This document shows, piece after piece, positions 11,900 to 24,807 of a DNA stretch of 64,000 bases. Position numbers and translations under genes: made by a program. The notes beneath the pieces are model-generated. The model was given only the letters and a program-made list of their open reading frames with translations. It did not search any database and was not told the DNA's origin. The stretch's first letter is position 1. Every line of letters begins with the position of its first letter. Source of the stretch: Isurus oxyrinchus (taxonomy: Eukaryota); NCBI GenBank assembly GCA_026770705.1, contig JANJGN010000034.1, forward strand, positions 11,408,001 to 11,472,000, in the 5' to 3' direction.

Positions 11900-14110
11900 T
11901 CTGTGGCGTCTGCGGGTGCGATAAGATGTACAAGTCATGAAAGCTTCCTGGGTATCTAGCATAAATATGTAGGGTCTGCCTTCTGTGATCACAAATAAGC
12001 TGGGCGTTCAGAAACTGAAATCCTTTCCAATTGATGAATCTCACAGGCGGCTGACAGGGAACTCAGAGGGCTACATGTGTGCAGCAGATGGCGCCCTGCA
12101 CTTGTGGGAAACCACATATTGTTGAGAATACAACAACTCTGGCAGCCTGGCTTTTGCAACCATCGTGGAGCTTACAGGTGAGCTCTATTGAAAACGGTAT
12201 CTGCCAAATATAATATTTCCCACATGACCCATTGGAGCCCTGGAATTTTCTGCTGGCAAAAAAAGTGAAGCGAAGCTGTTACCTTCAAAGCCAGCTGCAT
12301 GGGATGCCCTCCAACTCCTTGCAGCATCAGTTGTTCACGGAGAAGGTGGCAAAAGTGAACTACCAAGTTGCTGGACAACCGAAGGCGACTGCAGCATTGT
12401 GATCTGTACATCCCCGTATATCTGCGGAGATTTCTGTATACCAGTGTTGGGCCACTGGTGTTCAATGAATTATCCTCTCTTTGGGAGCACCTTGGATTCT
12501 TGGGACGCCGCTGCTTCTTGTAGCTCATGTCGCTGCACTCTCTGGGCCTGCACCAAACGCCAATGGGCCCTTCTTCTCCTCATTGTATTAGAGCTATAAT
12601 CAAGGCCGGTTGCCTGCACCTGGCATTCTGCACTTTCAATTGTCTCTGTCAATGAATGTATTTCAGAATTTACTGAAACTTTTCCTTCACAGGTTTCCTT
12701 CCACCTCTGGGCCAGGAGGCCAATGCAAAGACTTTGGCCTGAACTCCCTCTGGGTGTGCACCCTCAGGCCTCCCCTTGAAAGTGTCGAACATCCTGGAGG
12801 ACCACAAGTGGCCGATCCTGCCCTTCAGACATGACTGTGCATGACTACGACCATGTGCGAGAACCCTGTCATGAAGAGGTATTAATGTCTATAGTGTCAC
12901 TGGAAAATATTTTAAAATTACAATTAGTGGGATCTGCATCTACATGAGTGCCTAAGCGTGTGTCTGCGTGTGTCCTAACTTGGTTAATGCCAGCTAGTCT
13001 GAGTGTTTTGATGCATGGTAGCTCAAGATGTTAATTGTTTCAATAGGTGAAAGGCAATTTTCGATTAGCATTTGTTGAATAAACCATTCAAAAGAATGGA
13101 TAAAATCTTACACCTAGATGGGAGATGCCAAGCAATGCGTTTATATTACTAATAAAATCGATGCAATGAAAGGATTATCGTTTAGAGAGGTAAAACTAAA
13201 AACCTAGCAACACAATAAAAACTCTGCATTCAAAGCGGATGCTAGGTATATACAGAAAGAAGTTTGTATCTATAAGTCAGAGGCATTTAAGATCTAACCA
13301 GCCTGTAAGCCAACAACTGTTTCTGCAAAGGAGGCAGATTGAAAGGATCCTATCTTTGAATTCGTAAGATCAAATGTGCTTTGCCTGATGTCTGTTTGAA
13401 GTCTCTGCATTATTAGTGCCATGTTGAAGATTTACCTGGAAGCGAATAATGTTGGATTTGTTTAAAAGATATTGTGCGAGTAATTTGTGGAAACTTATAT
13501 GCAATTAATTTGTTGTTAACTTAATAAACGTTTAATTTAGTTTTATACATAAAAACCTCTTTAGGCCTGGTGGTTTTATTCCTGATTTCAGAGCTGCATT
13601 TCAAACACACGAATTAGGAACATAGGTCATGACCGTTGTTCAAGTATCCTTATGGGATTTAAACAGCTCAGCCTTTAGCAACTGCCGTGTCATAACAAAT
13701 TCCCATCAGTGAATTGTCAGCAGGCCTCCCTGAGACTGAACACTCTATGCAGAGAACATATCCTTGTCATAATGGCAACAGGATAAGCATTGTGCTTTGT
13801 AATCCAGGACCACTTAACTGGGATTAGTGAGGCTTGGAGTGTGCACGTAAACTGCGCGGATGCCGTGGTCCTTGAATGATTCAAACGCCATCCACTTCCA
13901 TATGCCTTTTGGAGGAACAGATGGCTAAACAAACCAACTCAAAAGTAGCTCCAAAACTCAATGGATTCTCGAATGAATGCGCACCCATTAGTCAAGGAGC
14001 AATAATCAATGGATATTTAACCCTAAAAGCCAGGTCTCAGCTCGGTCTTGTTCTCCTTGTATTGAACAAACAATTAATAGGGTTTCCCATCCGTCCACCC
14101 AAAGGATTAT
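11900..14110 (-). mobile_element. PIF/Harbinger transposon remnant (HARBI1-like transposase N-terminus), interrupted by a solo LTR
   Basis: The peptide RLRLSSNLVVHFCHLLREQL..GVGGHPMQLALKVTASLHFF resembles Harbinger transposases; frameshifted. Boundaries approximate. Confidence 0.8.
12867..13697 (+). mobile_element. Solo LTR-like insertion (~830 bp)
   Basis: TGTCATGA...TCATAACA terminal inverted ends, internal AATAAA and an abrupt switch to AT-rich sequence; no TSD recognised. Confidence 0.6.
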
Positions 14111-15304
14111 CCCTGACCTCCTCCCAGACACCTCTCATATCGAGATTTTCACGTTTGTTTTTCAACTGAGTCCTTACTGACTAAAGATATAGATGATTTT
14201 TCTAACGCTTGTGAATACGAACGACATCTACCAACCTCCACCTGCCAACCACCAGGTCCCTCTGTCCTCCTGCATAGCCACTGCCTCCTAATTCCACACC
14301 GTCGTGTGACCAGCGTATCTTCCGTTATTACCCTTCACCCCATTATAGTTCATATGGACATCCATTTTCTACTTCACCCCACAATTTCCTACAATGTTCA
14401 TATCCCGACGTTCATTGTTAGTGTGACCCCTTCCCTTCTCGAGGCAACAGACAACGTTACTTTCCGAAATCCCCACCCTCCACCATGAGACCATCCAATT
14501 ACCTGCTGGAAATGCCTTCCTTGAACATGGCTCTGCCCTCTGTATCCCAGTAGAATGCCCTGAAAGCCCAGGACCAAATAGCTGAGATGAATAGTCACAT
14601 CCTGCCCACGATTCCCAGAATGACAGCCATTGCCCATCGAAGCCTTTCCTGATGCAAGACCGGGACCAATACTTATGTCACACGTAGGGACCTTTACCAA
14701 GGCCTGGGCACAGTGGCCACATCCCCTGGACAGTCTCTTAAACTTGTCCCCTGAACAATGTTACACCCTTCCCCAGGCAATCTCTTAAACTTGCTCCTCA
14801 TGGACGCTCATTCACCCTTTCCCTCTGGTCCACCTGCAACCCCTCTTCCCCAAGCCCTGCCACCATCGTACACTTCACCCTTTGTCGGGCCCCCTATGCC
14901 CAGCCTTGGTGCAGTTTGTGCGATAGGCACCTGAAATATCTCAATAACACTGTACAAGTTAGATGAAAGCATCGCCTACTAGCCTTTCAATTGTGAACGC
15001 AGTGAGAGATCGCCATTTCCATGCTAGATATTTCCAGTCGTAAAACAGAACGACCAATTAGCCGCTTTTAGGGAACTTCGTTTGGACGGGGAACGTGATT
15101 TCAGCATGTTGACTTTTTAGTAAGCATTCATGACATTCTAATGAAAGCAGATGGGCATCCCCCACATTGCTAATCCGGAAACCCGACCTGCCTTTAAGCT
15201 GCCTGCAATGTTGGGAGAAGAAAATCCCAAATTTTTTGCCTGCTGTCGGGAAACTGTTCTTGGCCTGTGACTGAGAAGCTGTGGGATCAGTAAGGCAAGG
15301 AAAT

Positions 15305-15945
15305 GGCCCCAGGATCTAGTGATGTTGCCCAGGATCTAGTGATGTTGTCCTGCACTCACAATGCCGAGGTGTTGAACATGGCCAGAAGGCCATGTTTGGA
15401 CAATGTGTAAGAAGTCTCCAAAAAGTGACCCTGAGGAGGGAGTGAGAGCTTGTGGCAAGGATGGTGAATGCCCAAAGCATCTCACCTCAGACCTGGCAGT
15501 AGTGCCGATAATGATTTAATGACCTCGCTTTGGGCAAGGTGGGCAAATGGATTAGCACACAGGGTCTGGTAACCACATCAATGGACACCACACATCGCTT
15601 CAGGCACCACTTCCTGACATTCAGGGGTCATTCCTAACATCCTTACATCGACATCTCAACCAAACGCACCTCAAAGCCATACCAGCTACCCACATGGTAG
15701 ACACGGCCACAATATACTTCCAGCGATTCAGCTACTGCACACATCACACACACATTTAATGATGCCCTGGCCTCTCTCCTGCAGGAGAATACATTCACAA
15801 CAGCTGCGAACGCCAGTGGACCAGAAGAGGACCAGTCCAAATGCAGTCCATCAGTGCTAAGGGGGGATTTACTTTCGGAACGTTGGCAGAATTGCTACTG
15901 AACCAGTGGCATTTGGCGCAGTGTATGCCATCCTAGATGATGGTT
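15305..15945 (+). mobile_element. Harbinger-associated Myb/SANT-like gene remnant (two exons)
   Basis: E*ELVARMVNAQSISPQTWQ*CR**FNDL matches the W..VA..VNA....RTWQQCRKKFNDL pattern; a second exon follows ctcctgcag at 15785. Confidence 0.75.
15308..15347 (+). repeat. 20-bp tandem repeat x2 (cccaggatctagtgatgttg)
   Basis: Read directly from the sequence. Confidence 0.95.
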
Positions 15946-18539
15946 AGTTGTTGCCTTGTGCACTTTGCCCACTAACTTCCTACTCCCACCCTTAAAGGTG
16001 ACATGAAATCAAAACTTGCAAATTTAGTTACCATGGACAATACAGCCTCCTTTCTCTTATCCTTACTAACCGCCCCCAATAGTTTTCATAATCCACAAGC
16101 TGTCAGTTGCTCAGCCCCTTCACAGAGAATAAGCTTTGAAGAGGAAACACAGTCACTGAACCAAACGGTCGCAGCCACCAGCCCGGATATTTGCACACTT
16201 GCATAACTTCGAGGCTAGTTTCAGAATCAGAATCTGCATGTGCTAAGTCATTAGGCATGCTTGGGCTGCAGCCAGGACAGGGTATAGGTGAGCTCCTTTG
16301 CCCTCTCATGATGCCCATGACACCTCCGTTGCCCATTCATAACCCCATGACCCCTCATATCTACCAGGCTCCGCATACACTGTGCATAACCATTCATCCA
16401 GTATCCACTATGTGCAGAGCACATGAGACAAGTGATGCCAAACGAAAAGACTTTCAAATGCACTACAAAAAAATTACATCTCTTACAAGCACAGAAAATG
16501 TCAACCAAACGTGCATCCATTCATAATCCAGAGATAAAACTTCAGTCCTAATGGCATAAAGAAATCTCTTAAGTGGTCATTAAGTTGTGAAATTAAACAA
16601 CCACCCATTCAAAAAAAAAAACGCATTAAAGAAACTGAAACCAATGGCATGAGCATAAAACAGTCAGTTCGCTTCACAGCTGTGTCAAGAGATCCCCTGA
16701 TGAGCTCAGTGGTTTCTGAAACTCAGCCAAGTATTCCTAATGGGCTCAGCTGCAAAAACAGACTATTACAGCGGAAAACAATTATCACTTTTGAAGTAAA
16801 AGGATTGGATGGAGTGGTTTTCTTCTCAAAATTTCAGTTTAGACCAGGAACAAATGGCCAGATTTTTTTCAATCTTCAGATCACAAAAAACAGGCTCCCC
16901 CTCTCACATTTTTACATGTTTTTGAACGCATAAGTACAATTCCCGCAATGAAAATATACCCTAATGCATCTCAATACGTAACAAGTTCTGGTCAATGTAA
17001 TTCTCAACTTATCTTTAAAGGGCAGATATTCCTGATCAATCATTGTATTAAAAACATAATTAAAGCGATAGAAAAACCATGAACACACACTTACACGGGT
17101 ACACCGTCTTTAAAAGCACATATTATCTTACACCATCTAAACATGTTTGAACATATGTGTCAAAACGCTCAGTACTCCAGAGTAGTATTTCCCCCATGAT
17201 TGCGAAATCCTCTGCGGAGCCATGAACGGCATCTCCTCGGAAAGGTTGGCCTAAATGCATCAACACTGTACGGGGCTTTCAAAGGTCCACCCCTCCAGCA
17301 ACACCAACAACACCCCCCACCCCCCCCCCCCCCTCGCCCCCCTCGCCCCGCAATGGAACCAGAATAATTGCGAGTACAAGGTGCAGGGTTGCTATCCTGT
17401 GCCGGCAAAAGCTGCTGACAATGGGAATGGGGCGGGTATCTTAGAATCCGGCCCCGCCCGCCAATTTTATAGACCTTCTGACTCGGTACGACGGCACAAA
17501 TAACCAGCCCCATGTGTATGAATTTGTGTTTAAAACCTTGCGATGAGACTAGTGGACAAAATAATCCGCGTTGTGAAATGTTGCTCAGGGAAGCCTCAAG
17601 TTACAAGATATATTCAATAACCTGTATAAAAGGTTTGGTAAGTAATCATGGGGCCTGGTACACTATGTAACACCAGAATTGGTTGATGCTGTCTATGGAT
17701 TTGGGTAATGTTGTTTGTAGCATCGAACCCAGCCTATGTGAAACTACCACCCTACTGCGGTCTGACACTACTCTTCTGATTTACACAGTACTTTCCAAAT
17801 ACGGACCCACAACAACTTTGAGGTCAGTCACTCCACCTCGACTGCAATTATAGTATTAGTCGTCCATTCAGATAAAAAACGTGCCTCCACTATATACAGG
17901 GGACCAATTTGTGAGCAGCAAATGCAGTAGACTAAATTTAAAGATGTGTAAGTGAATCGCTGTCTCCCTTGGAATGCATAATTAGGTCCTTGGAAGGTAA
18001 AGAGGGGGGAGATAAAGGGGCAACCGATAGGCCTTCTCTAATTCCATGCAAAGGAGTGAGTTGTTGGGCGCGTTGGAAGACTGGACCAAGACGTAATGGA
18101 GGGAAATGTTCCTATGGAATGCTGACAGGAGACGTGATGGACTATTAAAGTGAAGCTTGCGATTTAGGAAGGTAATTAGCATAAAAGTTTCCTGCTAGTA
18201 TGAAATGCTTTAAAATGCAACATGAAATAAAATGACAAATATATTTCACCATTCACAGATATCAAAGTGGAAGTCTTCATTTGGAAATATGCATGGAAGA
18301 AGGCCATGGAAAACAGTTCAAGGGTTAAAACAATTTGATGGTTCGATACTTCATAGCATCAAATTAACAGTTGTTTGTGAGTGCAACAAGTGCGATGTTA
18401 CCCCCAATTCTATCAACAAAACTAACAGGACCAAAGAGCTGCACTTTCTTTCTATTCATACAGTTAACTACTAAATAACTTGACCTTTGAATGGGTGAAA
18501 TATAAGTTAATGAAATAAGATTCAGAAATGTGTACTTAC

Positions 18540-18799
18540 CTATTACAACTTTTTGTTTAGTTGAGGCGCTGTTCCTTTTTGTTAATCCGTTAAAAGGCTG
18601 AGAGGTATATGTTGCAGCGCCATTCAAAGTAATGCTGGAAATGATGAGTTGTTGCCCTTTTTGCTGCAGAGAGGCATTGTTGATAAACTATTCCAATTCT
18701 GCAGGTTGGTTTGAATCCATAGAACATGAGAAAGTAATGGTTTTTCCAAAAAGGTAAGCGGACAAATCAGGGTCTATGGATATGTTAGGGAGATCGGGT
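18540..18799 (-). pseudogene. IgC2 (B-type) pseudo-exon: PDLPNISIDPD...KTITFSCSMDSNQPAELE*FINNASL...TYTSQPFNGLTKRNSASTKQKVVI
   Basis: CEACAM IgC pattern. The core Trp is a TAG stop, the second Cys is Ser and the 5' end is damaged; the gtaagt donor is intact. Confidence 0.85.
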
Positions 18800-18999
18800 C
18801 TATGTAAAATAAGTGCACAAATATATTTTAATAACATTATGCTAAAATGAAAAGCAGCAGTGGACTATACATTTGCGGCAATCACCAACATCAGAGAAAC
18901 TACGCACCCTTGTGTTTTATGCAGTCCATCATGCAAACTTAAGTCAATAAGTTGTGCCATTTTCCCCGGTGCTCACTGGTGGGATCCAATGTCAGTTTT

Positions 19000-20900
19000 T
19001 TATTATTTCGTTCATGGGAGGTTTCAATCACTGCCAGGCCAACATTTATTGCCCATCCCAAGTTACCCTTGATAAGGTGTTGGTGAGCTGCCTTCCTGAG
19101 ACACTGCAATCCACGTAGAGCACGTGTACCCACAGTGTATTTGAGAGGGTTGCGTGTGGTGGTGGGCTGGTGTTTCCAAGATTTTCTCCCAGCAATAGTT
19201 GAATTTCCAAGTCAAGGGGATGTGTGGCTTTAGGTTGGGGGGTGGAGGGGTGGTGGCGATGGTGGACGTCCTGGTGGTTGTCTTCCCACTTGTCTGCTGC
19301 CCTTCTCCTCCGAGATAGTCGGGGTCCTGGGTTTGGGATCGGCTGTCTAAGAAGCATTGGTCAGCTCCTGCAGTGCAAGTTGTAGATGGATACACATTGC
19401 TGCTACTATGCGTCGGTGGTGGAAGGAGTAAATGTTTCTGGATGATGTGCCAATCAAGTAAGTTGCTTCGTCCTGGATGGCATTGAGTTTCATGAGTGTT
19501 GTGGGAGCTGCATTCGTCCAGGCAAGTGGGGAGTATTCCATCACACTCCTGACTTGTGCCTTGTAGATGGTGTACAGCCTTTGGGGAGTCAGCAGCTGAG
19601 TTACTCGTCACAGAATTCCCAGCCTCTTAACTGCTCTTGTCACCATGCTATTTATATGGCTAATCCAGTTCAGGTTATGGTCAATGCTAATTCCGAGGTT
19701 ATTGGCAGTGTGGGATTTTTGATGGTAATGACTTTCATTGTCATGAGGCAGTGAATAGATTTTCCCTTTTTGGAGAGGTTCCTAATAATTGTGTGGCACG
19801 AATGTTACTTGCTACTTGCCAGCCCAAACCTGGATATTGTCATGGTCTTACTGCATTTGGACATGCACTGCTTCAGCGTCCGAAGGGTCACGAATGGTGC
19901 TGAATTTTGACAATCATCAGTGAACATCCCTCCTTCTGACCTTATAATGGGAGGAAGATCATTTATGAAGAAATTGACGAAGGACTGGGGGAGGGGATTA
20001 TCCCGATGAACCCATGCAGCGATGTCCCAGAGCTGATATGATTGACCTCCAGCAAGTAGAGCCAACTTCCTTTGTGCTAGGTATGACCCCCACCAGCGGA
20101 GAGCTATCCTCCTCTTATGCATTGATTTTACTATTGCAAAGGCTCCTTGAAGCCACATTCGGTCGAATGCAGCCTGGATGTCAAGGGCAGTCACTCACAC
20201 CTCACCTCTGGAGTTCAGATCTTCTGCCGATCTTTGAACCATTCTGCAATGGTTCAAATCATTACAGGAACTGAGCGATTTTTGTGGATCCCAAAGTTGG
20301 CATTGGTGAGCTGGTTATTTCGAAGCAAGTGTTGCTTGATAGCACTGCTGGTGATCCCCTACATCACTTTTCTGACTGTAGGGAGAAAACAGTTAGCGCA
20401 GTAATTGGCTGGGTTGGATTTCTAATGCTTTTTGTGCAGCGAACGTACCTGGGCAATTTACCACAATGGCGGGTAATGCCAGTGCTGTAGAAGCCAATGC
20501 TGCAGCTGTACTGGAACAGCATGGCTAGGGTCGCAGCAATTTGAGAAACATAAGTCTTCAGTTCTGTTGCCGGAATATTGTCAGGGCCCAAAGCATTTGC
20601 AGTATTCAGTGCCTTGAGCTGTTTGTTGATATCTCATGTAGTGAAAGGAATTGGCTGAAGACTGGCACCTGTAATGCTGGGGAACTCCGGCGAGGCCGAG
20701 ATGGATCACCTTGGCACTTATGGCTGGAGATTGTTCCAAAATCCTCAGCCTTATCTTTTGCATTCACGTGTTGGTCTTCCCCATCATTGCGGATGGGGAT
20801 TTTTGTGGAGCCTCCTCCTCCAATGAGTGGTTTAGTTGTCCACTACCATTCACAATTGGATGTGGCAGGACTGCAGAGCTTAGATCTGATCCGTTGATTA
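19000..20900 (-). mobile_element. 5'-truncated, degenerate CR1-clade LINE (reverse transcriptase fragments and 3' tail)
   Basis: Peptides KALGPDNIPA, ALDIQAAFDRMW, FINDLP...MFTDD and MEYSPLAW. Confidence 0.9.
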
Positions 20901-20929
20901 TGGAATTCTTTAGCTCTGCCAGGTTAGCA

Positions 20930-21335
20930 ATGGTGGCACCAGAATTGAACCTGGGGAAATTCAGGTGCAGTACCATTAACACTGTATTCGTAATTCAAAG
21001 GCCCAGGATAAGGCCCTGGGGACATGGGTTCAATTGCTACCACAATATCTAATGGACTTTAAATTAAATTAATAAATCTGGAATATAATGCTAGTCTCAG
21101 TAATGTTGACTAACCAGGGCAACTATCATTCATAGACAGATAATCAATCTGGTTCACTAATGTCCTTTGGGGTAGGAAATCTGCGGTCCCTAACACTTAT
21201 GGCTTCCAAACACACAGAAATGTGGTTGACTCTCAACTGCCTTCTGAAGTGGCCTAGTAAGCCATTCAGTTCAAGGGCAATAAGGGATGGGCGGCAAATG
21301 CTGGCCTTGCCAGTGACACCCACATTCCATGATTT
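20930..21335 (+). mobile_element. tRNA-derived SINE sharing its 3' tail with the adjacent LINE family
   Basis: B-box-like ggttcaatt; the 3' end gcaataagggatgggcggcaaatgctggccttgccagtg matches the reverse complement of the LINE tail at 19030-19070. Confidence 0.7.
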
Positions 21336-22155
21336 TTTAAAACATAAAAGCCAAGGTCTCCTGATTCTGATGATTTCTAATCACTTTTGTTGAATACATA
21401 TGTACATTTGGAGATCAGGGATGGAGAGGATATGATTCTTGCTGTGAGCTGAAATTTTAAAATGTGAGATCTGTACAAACCTGCTGGGCACATATAGCAG
21501 TATGGTTGCATCAAAATGTATTGTTCTGAGAAAAAATATCTATTAAAATTTGAGTTGGACAATTATGATTCTTTCCCTCAAACCAGTCTGAATTTCATCT
21601 TTTATCGGATTTAAAAATAAACTAATTAACTTCATTGAAAATACTTTAACTTTATTTATTTAACTTTATTGAAAATGAAACCCGAATTTTCACTGAAGAA
21701 TCACACAACTGTTCAAATACCACGTACAATAAACTCGTATGTGTTACATCATCTGGTGTTCCCGCTCATAGAATTAAGATTGAGCCGTTATGTCTAATGG
21801 CTTCTGGGATCATACCACAATAGGTTATCACCCCCAAAAGTTAATTCATTTAAGATTAGTCTGTAAACAAAGAAGTGTATAGCCAACAAAAACTGTTCCA
21901 ATACTATCAATTATCAGTGAACATAAATTTTATGATGAGTTCTGTCTCAAAAAAATCTAAGTATTTCGAGTATACTTATTTACATAAATAATCTGAGGCA
22001 ATTTTCCTTGGCAATGTAAATGTGATGAGCTATTTGTTTACATGTTTCAGTAAATAATCCTTATATGCAAACAATCATTTATTTCCCTTTTCCAATCTGA
22101 AATGTAGCAGGTATGGTGATAAGTTACAAAAGTAATGATCTGTTGGAGCACCTGC

Positions 22156-22449
22156 AGCTACCATTTAGATTGTATAGGTCACTTGTTACTCTGCTAAAGG
22201 AGTTGAATGCATAGAACTTGAATCGTCCATCAGACCTAATCACTAGTGATATATAGTGAGAGATATAGTGAGAGTTCTATTACCACCACTTAGATCAAAG
22301 CTGCTATCCGTAATAATAGCACGATTATCCTCAAGCCACTGATATGAAACTGCAATGCCTGATACGATGCATGTCAGATGTCAATACGGTGTCATTGTAT
22401 TTGACTGTGTTGGTGACACTGGTGATAATATTAGGTTTGTAAACAGGTT
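22156..22449 (-). pseudogene. IgC2 (A-type) pseudo-exon: EPVYKPNIITSVTNTVKYNDTV/LTCIVSGIAVSYQWLEDN...GNRTLTI/..RSDGRFKFYAFNSFS
   Basis: ttttgacag acceptor and CEACAM A-domain pattern; two frameshifting insertions; second Cys lost; donor reads gcaggt. Confidence 0.85.
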
Positions 22450-23729
22450 CTGTCAAAATACAGGAAAGTAGTTATCAGAACTTAAAAGTAAGTTTGGAGG
22501 ATGGTGGATTTAGCTCCAAGTTCTAAAGGCAGCATTTCATTTTGAATTTTCATCTGTTGTTTCCTTTCGGTAATAATTCCTGTGATGCTGGTGTTAATAA
22601 TTCTACGATCTTTATCCCCACCCCACTACCCCCACGCAATCCCCACCTCCCCCTCACCACACGTGCCCCGCACACCCACACCCTCCACCCCCAACGAGGT
22701 AAACCTGTCTCCTTGAATATATTGCTCACTTAGAATATCAACTTAAATAAATTTCCAATCATGAAAGGAACATAGCCTACTAAAACAATTACAGACTCGG
22801 TCCTAAAATAAAATGTCCTCTCCCCGAAGACCTCGAACCTAATGTATTTTTTGAAGATAGAACATGCGTAGAGGTATCTTATAGCAGACTGAACTATTGT
22901 GGAGTTTCCCAAAATCAGCTCTTCGGATTCTAGCTTCGACTCCTAGGATATTTTGATCATGTATGTGGGCTCGCGGGGGAATATAGATTGGAGACTGCAA
23001 CTCTTGTACACTTACTTAATACATGTTTTAAATCAAAGCCAATTATATATTACAGCTAATACATAAGACATATAGATGATAACTAAATCAAATCATATCA
23101 TCTCAATAATATTTAAGGGAAATACATTTTAACCCACCATAATCAGCAGTTCTTTTGCATAAAAAACAAATATCAATTAGAGATAATCATACGCACAAAC
23201 CATTGTAATTACTCAAGATTCTGCAGTGTCTTTGCCTCAAATATAGGGAATCCAAGCTTAGACTGATACTCATTCTATGGCTGCAAAGAAGGCCAAAAGA
23301 TTGTTGACCTATGGGCACCATTACCATCTGTCTGTTTAAAAACATCGCAGCTGAACACAAAAAGGCTTTCATTATGCATTGGTGTTTGTGATTCCAAAAG
23401 AAAAAGCAGTGAATGAAAATAAACTATTTATCGGAACAATGTCATTGGTGAATGTAGATAAGAGACCTTTACAGACTAAAAGGAAACATTTTGGTTGGCA
23501 GCCATTCAAATAGTAGAGAGACAATCCAAAGGCTTTTTTGGTTATCTTTGGACTTGACATCCTCGCAACGATTCATGAACTGTATCCATGCTATAATATC
23601 AAGCTCTATGCCTAATTGTTTTCCTCTATTAATGTTAATTAGTGCGTCTTAAATTTGCAATAATTGTTTTAGTTTTGTCACACTGTCAACTTAAACCGTG
23701 CAAGATCTATCTGTTGATCCCTGAGATTC

Positions 23730-23960
23730 AGACTGCGCAGCAGAGACTTGCACTCCAGTAATATAACATTCTGCCCTTCTCATCATTCTCAAAATAAGAG
23801 CCAAACTACTCACTGCAATAAAAAAAAGTTTCTCCTCATAATACTTCTGTTTATTTTATTAATTACTTTAAATTGGTGTCCTCACGTTCTCGATCCATTT
23901 CTACTGGGAATAGGTTCTCCCTAACTACTCTATCCAAACCCCTCACTATTCTGATACCTC
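23730..23960 (-). mobile_element. CR1 LINE 3' fragment
   Basis: Peptides IRIVRGLDRVVRENLFPV...GHQFK...MRRNFF across frames. Confidence 0.65.
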
Positions 23961-24474
23961 CATGGAGCAGTTCCACTGGTGAGAAACCAGCTGGAATTGC
24001 AGCTCGATGGCGCAGCTGGGCTGAGTGCCAGTCAGAAATCGGGCTCCAGAGGCTCCTGATGTTTCTCACTGCTCGCTCAGCCTCTCCGTAGCTTGGAAAC
24101 GGACAGGCAACTGCTGACAAGAGCGATCCCATTGAGCTTGGCAAATTTTCTAAAGTGCTCATGGAAGGATTGTGGTCTGCAGTGAGACGGTTTTATCTGG
24201 AAACCCATGTGTGTAAAGTATGGCCAGCAGCATCTTGAACGGTTTCGTCCATCACCACATAAACACAGGGCGGGACTGGTGATGGACGAAACCGTTCAAG
24301 ATGCTGCTGGCCAATAGTCTCTTGATGTTTCTCACTGCTCGCTCAGCCTCTCCGTAGCTTGGAAACGGACAGGCAACTGCTGACAAGAGCGATCCCATTG
24401 AGCTTGGCAAATTTTCTAAAGTGCTCATGGAAGGATTGTGGTCTGCAGTGAGACGGTTTTACCTGGAAACCCAT
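23961..24474 (-). mobile_element. Ty3/Gypsy integrase core fragment, locally duplicated and inverted
   Basis: GEAERAVRNIRSL...HRAAIPAGFSPVELL matches the integrase NG.AERAV...YR.TP..G.SP.ELL pattern. Direct repeat at 24057-24208/24323-24474; inverted repeat at 24221-24257/24277-24313. Confidence 0.75.
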
Positions 24475-24807
24475 CAATAGACTGCAACAAGGCGGCAGCA
24501 GCCCGCCGTTCGCGTGTAGGGTGTTGAAAGGATGGCACAGAGGTCCGCCCCTATGTCGTCAGTGGCCAGGCTGCCCCCTGCCTCTCACTCCAGCGCGTTT
24601 ATGGGCCGGCAGCTGCTGCAACGCCAACTGGGAATTTGCAAAATAACTTTTTCAACACTTCTTTCGCGCGACCGCCGTGCACCAGGGCTGTGCTGGGGAG
24701 CGCTACCCCGAAACAGGAAGTGCTAAATGTTACCCGCGCTGCGGCAAGGCCATAGAGACCGAGTATTTAACGTCTGAGCTGCGCACTCCCTGCCCCTCCC
24801 CAGCCAC

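Larger units (their letters stand above)
1..22496 (+). repeat. Segmental/tandem duplication, copy 1 (visible part); paralogous to 41470-64000
   Basis: Colinear near-identity throughout. gcgccccacattacaaatg occurs at 2 and 41471, and the window end matches 22496. The offset drifts from 41469 to 41504 through small indels. Confidence 0.98.

Noticed and set aside
16690-16755. ctgatgag...gaaac hammerhead-like motif (also near 58210)
   Set aside because: Stem II is poorly paired, there is no NUH cleavage triplet after stem III, and no stem I partner.
17650-17925. Possible further exon after a tttaaatttag acceptor
   Set aside because: Stops in all frames and no Ig motif recognised.
19063-19611. 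182-aa ORF (195 aa in copy 2) as a host gene
   Set aside because: Out-of-frame reading of the degenerate CR1-clade LINE.
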